From Utricularia gibba (Eukaryota > Plantae > Magnoliophyta): DNA of 64,000 bases. Shown one piece after another: positions 48,338-59,697 of this stretch. The stretch's first letter is position 1; each line of letters begins with the position of its first letter. Where the stretch lies: contig NEEC01000012.1 in assembly GCA_002189035.1 (NCBI GenBank), positions 2,790,001 through 2,854,000 on the forward strand. The letters run 5' to 3'. Made by a program: the position numbers and the translations under genes. Below the pieces are notes generated by a model. That model had not been told where the DNA came from and ran no database searches. It saw only the letters and a list, made by a program, of their open reading frames with translations.

Positions 48338-49110
48338 TCAAGTCTGGGACTGGAGATACTCCACCACATTCTTCTCAACATGGAAGGCCCTTCCCAGGGC
48401 CGCCGGATTTATGCTGGGATTGGAGCCGAACACCGCGCTGCCGATCGTCGTGACTCCGGGGTTCTGGCTGCCGAAGCCGGAGAGGGCCACGGCGTTGGTG
48501 CTGCCGGGGTTGTACTGGAAATGGACGAGGCTCTGTGGGAACACGAACATGTCTCCGGGGAACAGGGTCCTGGCGAAGAGCTGGTTCTTCATGTTGGGGT
48601 TGTCGGGATTCGACGTCACGAATCCGACGTAGAGAGCTCCCTGCAGGACAAAAATGACTTCCGATGCGCGTGCGTGAATGTGAGGCGGGTTGACTCCGTA
48701 GGGGGCGAAATCGGTGCGTGCCAGGGAGACTCCGAGCGTGTTGAGCCCCGGAAGTTGGTTGACGTTCACCGGAGTGACGGCGGACCCTTCCCGGTTCGTG
48801 GTGTTTCCGGACTTGTTCAGGCCCTGGAAGGAGAAATCGTCGACCACGACGGCGGAGGGGTTCTTGCAAATCTTGCCGTTGAGGAGCACTGCAACAAAAA
48901 AAAAAAAAAAATTGCATTGCGGGTTGGTTACTCGTACATATCATTAATCACCGATCAAATGTTAACAAAATGGAAATCGACAACATTACCGGCGGCCGCA
49001 GAGTCGGCCACAGCGACGCAGAAGTCTTGTAGAGGAGACGGATCACGGGCAGATACGGAGGCAGAGAAGGAGAGGAGGAAGACGACGACCGTGCAGAACG
49101 CCAGCGCCAT
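48338..49110 (-). CDS. Germin-like protein (copy 2), 2 exons
   Basis: Signal peptide, DPSPLQDFCVA, intron 48989-48889, box 1 GVNPPHIHARASE and box 2 GDMFVFPQSLVHFQYN. TATAAATA at 49181-49174. Confidence 0.94.
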
Positions 49111-49558
49111 CTTACTTGATTGCTCACTCCGCTTGTCGCAAGATATATGATTTAACTCACGAACGAAAGCATCTATTTATAGTTGTCCAAACACAAACAA
49201 AATAAGTCATAACCCCATTTGTTCTGCCACAAGCATTTCAAAGTTCATAACAACAATCAATAAATGACACATTAAAAAAAGTCAATAGCATTCAAAAAAC
49301 ACAATTGGAAGAATTATGCGCGTGTATTAAAGAATAAATCTACCAAACATACGTAGCTCTATATTTAGAACCATGTAAATAAGTATACTAAACATGGTCT
49401 TCATCTATATCATATACCCTTCTACAATATGTAATCACCAAAAATGTTTCAACTCAATTTCATAGATAACACCATTCACCATCTAATAAGCATCACCAGT
49501 TGATGCATTTGATAGCACCTCAACGTGATGCCAAAACAATGAAGCCATAGCCTTGAGC

Positions 49559-50635
49559 TCACCTTAGCATCGAGTAAGTAATAAATTGGGGTGAAGTGAA
49601 CTGAAATGGTTGAAGTGGAACAAGATTCCTGCAATCAAGAAAGGCATATTATTTTCATCGATCTTGAGGCTTGGAGTCAGCAGAAACAGGAACTCACGGT
49701 CGAGGACCGTAAACCTTTATCTGGTGCACATGTATGTTCCTTCCACTTAGATGGTTAGACAAAATTGCAATCTGCCGCATGAATGTATTCACAAACGTTA
49801 CCCTGAGGCGCATCTCAAAAAGAATTTTTGTCAGTTGGATCGTAAAACAAGCACAGGGTGACATACAATTAATTGCATGATTCATTTTCAGTCTTGTTCC
49901 AAAGAGTGAAAATGAAGCACACTTTCGATGTGCAATGTTAAATGCTCAGATTTTTAACAGAACTCACAAAACCCGGAAGCAGACTAGCGACAGGAGGCTT
50001 TATGCATCACCTTGCATCAGTCCTAGATAAAGAGATATACACCCACCCTCTACGCTTAACGAGCTCTATAACCTTGAGTTCCTGAGATCCGATGAAAAAC
50101 ATGGAAGAACATTTATGGGTGGGGTCAAAGAACACGGATTTCCTTCTCTCTTCTTCCTAGAAGAAAACAAGGAAGTTTTGAAGGCCATCACCGGCTCGAG
50201 TCGACATCCTACTCGGAGTATAGCTGTCATCAAACTTAAGATCAACATAAAGAGCAAGAAATTGCATTATAACCTTCTTTGGAATCGTATATTCACCAAA
50301 TGAGGGTGGTGCGCAACATTAGACCTAGGCCACAGCAAACACAATCCGATAAACACAGATACTCCAATGTTTAACAACACCCCACAATTGATAATGAATT
50401 CCCTCCCCTCATCGGAAAAAAAAACAGCAAAAGAAGGAAAAAGGAACGCCACACACTCACTGCCAGTATGCATCAAGATTGTCATCGCGAAGGGAAGAAA
50501 CGCCGCTTTCAGGCTTGCAGGAACACAAACTCCACACAGCATTCTTCGCCATTTCTCAGGCTGCTCATCAACCATCAATATCAGGCTCCCTCCTGGTATC
50601 TTCCCTTCCTCCTCCCCCACTGAAGATTCCGCCAT
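49559..50635 (-). CDS. APC10: Anaphase-promoting complex subunit 10 homolog, divergent, 5 exons, two 1-nt frameshifts (CDS or young pseudogene)
   Basis: Reconstructed exons 50635-50461, 50324-~50169, 50081-50011, 49802-49698 and 49628-49559 give [93 protein letters not shown] and QPFQFTS..FITYS.LR*. Frames break at T-runs 50552-50554 and 50278-50280 (+ strand coordinates). Confidence 0.85.
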
Positions 50636-50671
50636 TATTTCCCGCCTTCTTGTGGATGATCGCCCAAACCG

Positions 50672-50680
50672 AAACCCTAA
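50672..50680 (+). promoter_or_regulatory. Telo-box in the 238-bp divergent promoter between APC10 and the small unknown gene
   Basis: AAACCCTAA read directly, about 40 bp from the APC10 ATG. Confidence 0.5.
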
Positions 50681-50872
50681 ACATCTCCGATTTCAGAAAA
50701 ATAAAATAATTAATTACAATTTTAAAAATAAAACCGACTGATGACGTAACTGAGTACGATTAGCAAATTTGAATTCACTTAAATTATTAATAAATAATAA
50801 CCAACCAAAAAGGACGTGAAATGCGATTCTTCAGTAAGAGAAAAAAAAATTCAAAAAAAAAAAAAAACGCGA

Positions 50873-51169
50873 ATGGAGACTTTGAGGATGATGTTCGGAT
50901 CTGAACGGAATTCGAGGAAACTGAAATGGTCAGCCAGTTCTTTGGTAGATTCGGAGATGGCGAATTCGCGGACCTCAAGAAGAGCAGCGTACCAGAAACT
51001 ATCGCAATCTGTGGAGGACGGCGTTGTTCGGCGCCGGCGGAGCTGGAAATCCTTTCTCAAAAAGTTTTGTCTGCTAAATAGGAACGCCTCACCCGCCGCC
51101 GTGGATAAGAAGCGCCGCTCGTCTTGGCTGCCGGATCCCGACCGTCGATGGCCTGTGCAGGGCTGGTGA
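50873..51169 (+). CDS. Small basic protein of unknown function (98 aa) ending SSWLPDPDRRWPVQGW
   Basis: Single-exon ORF after an A-rich leader, with the motif RAAYQKL and a Trp/Pro-rich C-terminus that I recall from uncharacterised angiosperm proteins (unverified). Confidence 0.65.
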   Translation: METLRMMFGSERNSRKLKWSASSLVDSEMANSRTSRRAAYQKLSQSVEDGVVRRRRSWKSFLKKFCLLNRNASPAAVDKKRRSSWLPDPDRRWPVQGW

Positions 51170-51346
51170 AGATGGACGCGGATCCTCGATCCATTTTCGA
51201 GGATTGCTACAAAAAATATCCAAAAAATGAATCAAAATTGAATACTGTATGTTCAAATAAATGACAGGGTAGGTGTAGTTCGTACGGTGTGCTTCGCTTC
51301 TCTTCTCTTCTCGGCTGGAGACGAGTCTAGAAAGCCCTAATCAAAA

Positions 51347-52190
51347 ATGGTGCGCGTTAGGACGGCGACTTTAGAGTAAGTGCTGGAGTTGCAGGCCTGG
51401 AATTTGTTCTGCCCGCCGGAGAATTACTTGCAATACAAAGCATTAGTTTCACCGCATTCTTTCGTGGCCGCAGTTTCTCTTCGTCGCCAAGGAGAACAAC
51501 TGTTGGCTACGTTTTGGCTATAATGGAGGGACTGAGTGTCATAGGCATATTACCTTTCTTGTTTGGCCACAAAACTCATGATTGCCGCTCAGAGCGCCAT
51601 GGGACAGGTTTGACAGATTTTTTTTTTTTCTTAATTCTTAATTTGGGTGATTGGTTTCTTGTGTGCATCTGTAGGTTTGATTTAATAGATGTTTTGATCT
51701 TTAAAGCCGTCGAAGTTCAGATTTTGTTTGAGTGAAACAGCTCCTTGATGGAGAAAATTTAAGATGAAGATTGGGCTTAACGCAATATTGAATCTTTGAC
51801 TCTCAGTTGTGTGTATCATTCAGTTCTTCCGAATTTTTCTAAGTTTAAAGAGAGTATCTTGTATGGGCATAAAGCTCACTGGTGCTTATTAGTGCTAAAA
51901 TTGATTTTACAAAGGCAGGTGCTCTTAAATGCATCATCTGTTTCGGTTCTTAAACAGGTTTATGGCCCTGAGTACCTCCCCTTGCACGCCAGGAAGAGCG
52001 CGTTTAACCTGGATTCAGATGCAACTTACAACATCCATGGTGTGGAGGCCAAGTACTATGCTGATGGAGAAGACGCTTATGTTCTTCAAAACCAGCCGAA
52101 GGGCGAGAAGCACCCGCAGCACCTCACCTTCATCATCATCATCACGGTGCTGGATGTTGTTCAGCTTTAGCAAAATCCGATGAATTGATT
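51347..52190 (+). pseudogene. NAA10: N-terminal acetyltransferase NAA10 pseudogene
   Basis: MVRVRTATLE* (TAA at codon 11, 51377-51379), then fragments LQAWNL.C.PENY, HRILSWPQ, VGYVLA.ME, GHIT, LATKLM.AAQSAM | intron 51608-51957 | VYGPEY.LH.RKS, VEAKYYADGEDAY and HHHHHGAGCCS, in shifting frames with internal deletions. Confidence 0.9.
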
Positions 52191-53166
52191 GCATCCAGAT
52201 CAATGCAAAAGTCGAAGATGAGACAAGTCTGCCCTTGGATTGCAGCCTTCTCCCTGGCCCAACCCAAGTCCATATCATTGCCCGGAAGCCCGTACACCGC
52301 CGGCAGCCACGAGCCTTCACCCTCAGTTCCGGCAACTGCAAATCCCTCCGACCAGGTGATTCTGAGTCTTTCCCCTTCTTTCTTCTGCTTTCTTGCTCGT
52401 CTTCGGTATATGGCAATGCGAGATTTGGTGATCCCCTCCTACCGGCATCACTGCAACATCGTTGTCAAAATAGGGTTCCAAAGAGGAAGGTTTGTCCGTC
52501 ATCGTCCCATTTTTTTTTTTTTTTGTTGATTTTAAAATTAGTTTAGTTAATATATAGTTTTTACAAAAAAAAATTAAAATTGAAATTTAAAATAAATTAC
52601 CAATTCAATTCCACGTTGCTAATTACCATAAACAGAAAGCTAGTTGGGTCTAGTGGTGGTTGGCATATCTGATTCGACGTTGGCTTCATGGCCATTCGAA
52701 GCTTCCAGAATTCATCCTTTGGAATTTTTTTTTTCTCACCTACCCCCATTGGCCCCCACCTATTCATTCTTCTGTTTGTTACCCTGACAATTAACACATG
52801 AATAATACTTTTAATAAAAGAAAAAGGCTGGTCTCTTTATTTTATATTTTTAACAACTATTTATATTTAATAATAAAAAGTAATTTTTAGAATAAAAAAA
52901 ATGCCCCAAGGGATCCAGCACGTGAGGATGAATGAAGGTTAGTGATTATGTGTGCGAGGTGGTGGTAAGCCATAAATGTGTCTACCACAAACAAACAATG
53001 AGGCATCTCCATCTTCAACAAAAAATACTATATCTAAATTTGAAATTAAAATAATCAAATATATATAAAATTATAATTTACAATTAATCGATATAGTTTA
53101 ATATTTTTGAATATAATTTATATTTATTATATATTTTTGAATTTTATGTATACTCATACATTTAAT

Positions 53167-53385
53167 TAGTGTTTTGTAAAATTTTTTAAAACTATTTTTA
53201 TTTTTCAAAATTATTTTAAAAAAGTAGAAAAAATAATTAAAATTAATTTATTTATTACTTTTTCAAAAATAAATTTTGTAGAATATTTTTGATAAAATTA
53301 TTTTTATAATTAAAAATATTTCAAAACAAAACAAATTTTATTTTTAAAAAACAAAAATAATTTTTAAAAATTTTCCAGAATAATC
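53167..53385. mobile_element. AT-rich MITE-like element, copy 1
   Basis: 53284-53332 matches the reverse complement of 62485-62533 at 45 of 49 nt by manual alignment. Both copies begin TAGTGTTTT..AAAATTTTT.AAAA.CTATTT.TATTTTTCA and have imperfect inverted ends. Confidence 0.55.
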
Positions 53386-54472
53386 CTTTAATTTCAACAC
53401 ATCCAAACTTATTACAAATCAAAAGAATGAAAATCAGAACAAAAAACATAAGTTCAATTCCGTAAATTATTCCTCTAAATCATTTCAAAAACATTATACA
53501 TAGAAAAAAAATCCAAGTATGATGATCGCCTTCATTATGTAGTAAACTCACGAAATTAGGTTTCGGATAATAGTTGTGAGGATATGAAACATTATGAAAA
53601 TGGAAAGATACCTAGAAACCATATCCCAACATTTGATGAAGTTTTAGAGTGGTGTGGGGTGAGGAAATGACAACAGGATTGTGGGAGACAACCATCCTTC
53701 TCATACATAATGAAATTCGAAAGCTACTTGGGAACACAGAGCCCAGGACCACTCCCTCCCTCCCTTCCTTCACAATGTGCAACAATAATGCATGCCTTCC
53801 TTCTTACATCCTCCTCTTCCATTACATGCCCTGTCCACACACACACACACGAATGAGATGAGATCCTGCGCCAGCTTTTATTACAACACACATACTGCAA
53901 TTAATTTATACAAAAATGATTAATTGGAAAAAAAACAAATCATAAATATTGAAATTGAACTGATTAAAGAAAAAAAATCAAAAAATGAAGATATTCCGCA
54001 ACAACCAACGCTCTTGCAATTTGGAATAATTTAAATTAAAATAATTATGGGGTGATGGGACGGGGTGGTCATTACCAAGTCCGTTGTACGCAAAATAAAT
54101 AAATAATAATTAAAATACGACGCCTTGAAAGAGTCCTTACATTGGATGATACTACGCAGGGGTGGTTTTTAATAAAAAAATTTTATATGACGTCATAAAT
54201 GTGTTGAATATGAAATATTATTTTATGGTAATAATGCGTAATTATTTTATTATCCCTGAGCTGTATAATTAATTGGATACTAAAAAAAAGTAAATTTGTA
54301 CTGAGGGAATACCGTTGGGGAGCATGCAGTTGTTCATTAAATCTCTTCCACCAGCCACATTCAATGCTGTGCTTATTACTCCGTCTTTTCCATCTTTAAA
54401 GCGTCTTGCTCCGGCGAGTCGACCCTCCATAAGCTCCTCCGCCGCCGTCTGCGTCTGGCTTCCGCAGCGAGC

Positions 54473-56239
54473 ATGGACTCCTCCTCCCTCAAACCCATGT
54501 TTCAGTTTGTGGTGAATCATGTCATCTTGATGCTGCTGATACCCTTGACGGCATTCGGGGCCGTGGAGATTTACCGGCTGGGTCTCGACGGGATCATCGC
54601 GATCTGGAACTCTGTGAACTTGAACGCTGTTCAGGTTTTGACTGGGGTGTTTGTGGTCGCTATCGTTGCGACCGTGTACTTCATGTCGAAGCCGCGGGCT
54701 GTTTATCTGGTGGATTATTCCTGCTACGAACCGCCGGTGACCTGCCGGGTTCCGTTTTCGACGTTTATGGAGCACTCGAGGTTGATTTTGAAGGATAATC
54801 CGAAGAGCGTGGAGTTTCAGATGAGGATTCTGGAGCGTTCGGGTCTCGGTGAAGAGACCTGTCTTCCGCCGGCGATTCACTACATCCCGCCGACGCCGAC
54901 CATGGAAGCGGCCAGAGGTTATATTCAAACCCTCGTTTACCCGTGTATTTTAATAAATTACATGAACAAAAAAAGCATATCCATGCTATTTTGGAAAAAC
55001 AGGGGAAGCGGAAACCGTCATCTTCTCCTCGATCGATGCTCTGATGAAGAAGACCGGAATCCGGCCGAAAGATATCGATATCCTGATCGTCAACTGCAGC
55101 TTGTTCTCCCCGACGCCGTCGCTTTCAGCGATGGTGGTGAACAATTACAAGCTTAGAAGCAACATCAGGAGCTTCAATCTCTCTGGAATGGGGTGCAGCG
55201 CGGGGCTCATCTCCATTGATTTAGCCCGCGATTTGCTTCAAGCTCACCCAAATTCCTACGCCCTAGTCGTAAGCACAGAGATTATCACTCCCAACTACTA
55301 TAAGGGATCGGAGAGGGCCATGCTCCTCCCCAACTGCCTCTTCCGCATGGGCGCCGCCGCCATTCTCCTGTCGAACAAACGCCGCGACAGCCGCCGGTCC
55401 AAGTACAAGCTCGTCCACGTTGTGAGGACCCATAAGGGCGCTGATGATAAGGCCTACAAATGCGTCTACGAGCAAGAAGACCCACAAGGTAGACTCCATA
55501 CCTTAGTCAAAAGTTACATAATCTGTTTATGACATCTTGTGTCCGCCACAGACAAACAGAAGTAATATTGATTGGGGTTTAGGATTCAGACACCATGTGT
55601 TCTGTTTGTTAGAGATGGTTTTTTGTTTTTGTGTAACAGGGAAGGTGGGGATCAACCTGTCCAAGGACCTGATGGTCATCGCCGGAGAAGCGTTGAAATC
55701 CAACATCACCACAATCGGGCCGCTGGTGCTCCCGGCGTCGGAGCAGCTGCTATTTCTGATCACCCTCATCGGGAGAAGAATCATCAACCCCGAATGGACA
55801 CCCTACATCCCGACTTCAAGCAAGCCTTCGAACACTTCTGCATCCACGCCGGAGGCCGCGCCGTCATCGATGAGCTCCAGAAAAGCCTCCAGCTCTCACC
55901 GGAGCACGTCGAGGCTTCCCGGATGACTCTCCACCGATTCGGCAACACATCTTCCTCCTCCCTCTGGTACTATTCCTCCCTACCCACCCTTCCATCACAC
56001 TCAAAAATGCACTCACCGCCATGATGAAATCGAGCAGGTACGAGCTGGCCTACATCGAAGCAAAGGGGAGGATGAAGAGGGGCGACAGGATCTGGCAGAT
56101 CGCCTTCGGAAGCGGATTCAAATGCAACTCCGCCGTCTGGAAATGCAACCACACAGTGAAGACGCCGGTGGCCGACAGCCCCTGGAAGGACTGCATCCAT
56201 CGGTATCCGGTGTTCATCCCGGAAGTTGTGAAGCTGTAG
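54473..56239 (+). CDS. KCS6: 3-ketoacyl-CoA synthase 6 (CER6/CUT1-like), 4 exons, one 1-nt frameshift
   Basis: [50 protein letters not shown], catalytic [32 protein letters not shown] and C-terminal [11 protein letters not shown]. Introns 54918-55002, 55489-55639 and 55967-56037. One C is missing at 55809-55811. Confidence 0.93.
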
Positions 56240-56952
56240 CTCGTCGGATTTTGCATACCCACAACACAAACAAACACAAGAATGTGAAAAGTAAGAACAT
56301 ATGCATGAATTTTCACTTTATACTTCCACCCAATAATCACACCAATAGTTTCCAATACCAATCTTCAAAAAATATGAACAAAATTCATACTCTTTATTTC
56401 AAAATCGATCTTTATTATTTCGAAATTGCGCACAATCAATTCGCATTAAATTATATTTTAATGAACAATTTGACAAAAAAATCTTGTGTTTTTCAAAATT
56501 TTATATCATTTTAAAAAAACAGGCAAAGTTTTTTTTTTATCAATTTAATTTAGAAACAATAAAAAATAAATAAAATATATGATTTTGAAATAATAAGAAT
56601 GAATTATATTCAATATTAAAATAATAAATTCTATTATGTATAAATTAAACATATTAAAAATTAATTTTATCTAATATGTGAACTTTTAAAAATTAAATAT
56701 ATTCAGCAAACTTACCATTTTAATAAATAATAGAGATTTTTGGCACCCATGTACTTTTTTTGTCTTTATAACTGTAAGATATTATTAAACCGAAAAAACG
56801 TAAAATCATAAGAAACATAAAGTATGATTATTCATACATCAAACGTGAATTTAAATTGAAATTTATTAATTTAATTTAATTGACGTGTATTTGATATGAG
56901 ACAATTTCTGAAGAATTATGTAAATTTTAATTAAAATTAAATATTAATTCCA

Positions 56953-58335
56953 TCACCTCTTGTACGGCTTCCGAGCTCTGTATCCCTGATATCCTTCTCC
57001 AGCTCCTTTGAGAATTGCAGAGACGAGAAGCTCCTGCAGCCTGCCATAGAACCAGCACCGTTCCTACACTACATTCATCGATATGAAATCTGAAATTCGA
57101 GCTTGGTTAATGGAGGGATACCTTGTGGATGGTGTGGCGGGGGGAAGAACTGCAGGTAGCACGCAGTTGCAACTACGAAACCTGTGAGGAAAAGGAAGAT
57201 GGGAATGGGAGCAAGAAGGTGGGTGGGAATTCTGATGTCGGAAATTGGATGTAAACGAACCTATTGAAGCGCCCGTGAGCACATCCTGCCAGTGATGCTT
57301 GTAGTTGCTGATTCGAGAGAAGCCAACTAGGGAAGCGGTGAGCAGGAGGGAAAAGGGTATGCAGAGTTTTGAGATGCTTCCTCTGCGGTCGTATAGCTTT
57401 ATCTTTGCAGACAAGTACAGTGATAAGAAGACTAGGCCAGCAAAGCCCCCTACCATGATCACATTCTCTGGTAAAACTAAGAGCCAAGGAAGCAAACTTG
57501 TGTTTCTTGATCAAGAAAAGGTGTAGCATGCTTACATGAAGTGTGTCCACTTGGGAAACTCTTGCGCCCCTCTCTGATGATATGGGGATCGCCATGGCAG
57601 GCTGCGTCTCCCCATCGGTCATAAGCCTGAGAAGACAAAGAGGTAGAAGTTTTAAGAAATGTATTGCAAGAATGTGGTGTTTGGGGGTGGTGATTTGGGG
57701 TACATCTTTTCCGTCGGGAAAGCATCGCCAGAAGAAGTCCGGCCGAGGCCGTCCAACGGCGACTTTTAAAGCATCTACGATGACTGCTGTCATGAGGCAT
57801 GAAAACAGAAGGCCTGTTTGGACAAACGTGAAGAGATGCTGCTTAAAATTCCCAACATTTTAAGAAGAATAGGAGATTCGGCACAATCCTGATACCTAGT
57901 ACAGAATGGTGAAGATCATGGGCATCTCTGTGGCGAAAATACTGCACCAGGAAGACTACAGCAGGCAATGGAAGGGAACAGACCTACAAAGTACTTGAGA
58001 AAATAAATCAACTGCTTCTTGAGAAATATGCCCTGAATTCAGAGACCAAAAACAAGGAGAGTGCACATAGCAGAACACAATATAGAGTTCGATGAAAGCA
58101 GGAGGATCAAGGGACTGTAACATACCACAACTGTCCAGAAAGGAACGGTGTCACTCTGCATAGGATACTTGAAATCTGGCATCATTTCTTTAGAAACAAA
58201 GCGATGAAAGGGATGAATACGGTTCACAATGAATAGGATGACTCCCAATGTGAGAAGAATCAGCCAGTCAAGCAAATGTTTTCTTGCTAATTTGATTCCA
58301 TGTGTTCTTAAAATATGATGACTTCCGACTTCCAT
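56953..58335 (-). CDS. Lipid phosphate phosphatase (LPP2-like, PAP2 family), about 7 exons; last exon frame uncertain
   Basis: [23 protein letters not shown] and the three phosphatase motifs K(VAVG)RPRP, FPSGH and [12 protein letters not shown], then [10 protein letters not shown]. Confidence 0.88.
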
Positions 58336-58721
58336 TTCGCTCTGAAACACGGTAGGTAACCTTCAGATCTTCTCCCACAACATCAGAATTTTTGAAGAAA
58401 ATGAAAAAACGTTTCAAGAACGCACGAAACCAAATTCACCCACCCAAAAAAAACTGGCAATAGTTCAAAAACAAGTGCGAAAGGCGCGATGAATCTCGCC
58501 TGCGAAAACAGATAGAGGTTGAAACAGTGCAAGGCGAAAAAACCCAAATAAACACCTGGGGAACAAAAGTGTATGCTCTATCTTCCGGCGGGGAGGCAGG
58601 CCACATGTTTATTCAATGGCGAAAAGAGAGGAACGCGACGTTGACAATTACAAAAACGAAAGTGGATCGCTCGTACGGATAACAAGGAGCACGTAGACAG
58701 TACTAATTACTTGTCTCCCAG

Positions 58722-59381
58722 ATGATCAAGGAGACAAAAGCCCTCCATCTTCTCCAAGAAAACGTTTCTGGTCTGCGCTTCTGCCTCTCAAACATGTGCA
58801 GTCGCTTCGCTTCTCCCCCAGAACTGAAATATATATATACTTGTTATTTTTGTATATAATAAATAGTGAATGAGAATAATCTTTGGCTCCAGCCCTCTTG
58901 GAGATGGCACCAGCCCAGTGTCTTGCAGCACAAACGAAGAGCAGAAAGGTAGAAAAAGGATTACAACTACGATCAGGATATGTAAACCAGCAACAGGGTT
59001 GATCAACAGCACAGCAAGAGATCCTCTTTGTGAATAAAACCAGCATTTGGAGCAAGGAAGCTCAACCTTGACCTCCATTGCACTAGATTCAGATCCAGAG
59101 TCTCCTTCCACTGCCACCGGGAGATTACCAGGGGATGCAACCGCAGCGGCGATTCAACTTCCAAGCCCAACTCCCATAGTTCCCCTTGTCCCAGGATCCA
59201 GCCTAGTGCGCAGTTCTATCTGATCGAGGACAGCCTTACCAATGTTTCTAGTGATCCTCATTGGTGCAGGAATTCCTGCTTCCATAATGTTGTCCCGAGT
59301 GATCCTCATTGGTGCCGTAAGATTAAATGGGAAGACAACTGCAACTCCATTTTTTTCACATTGATTTCTGCACCTGATTGA
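58722..59381 (+). other. Candidate orphan gene or fragment with a 115-codon ATG-less open frame and an internal SDPHWCR duplication
   Basis: Frame 59034-59381 is open from stop to stop, preceded by a CAG acceptor at 59043. An 18-nt repeat occurs at 59250-59267 and 59298-59315. Possible upstream exons near 58722-58800 and 58891-58948. Confidence 0.25.
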
Positions 59382-59697
59382 TTGCTTCATCTCCAAGGGT
59401 GTGCTTTGTCAAAGAACCCCAGTAGTTTCTGTCATTTTTTCAGCCTTAGCATATGCTGCACGATTACTAAAAACAATTTAAGGCCTCTGATTTGGGAATA
59501 ATGGTCCTTCACTTCATAATATTCCGACAAAATGAGGAAATGAAGAGCAACTTTCATTACTGGATGGAAAGGAAACCTAAAAGATCCACGTACTCCGGCA
59601 GGTCCGGTCAGGTGATGATCATAAGCATGAGCAGACAAAGCACAAACCGCAACACAATATAGAAGTATAAGAGTGTAAGAAAATGGGAATGAATGAT

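Noticed and set aside
46391-49150. Long plus-strand ORFs (173 aa, 256 aa and others) over the germin genes, and similar shadows over AMT, PLT, KCS6 and NUP1
   Set aside because: Antisense shadow frames caused by high GC3 or repetitive codon use in the real genes.
54315-54515. 66-aa ORF overlapping the KCS6 start (possible uORF)
   Set aside because: Its ATG is about 160 bp upstream, probably before the TSS, and it has no conserved-peptide signature I recognise.
57114-57121. GTATCCCT donor in LPP resembling a U12 5' splice site
   Set aside because: It deviates from GTATCCTT and there is no TCCTTAAC branch point near the acceptor.
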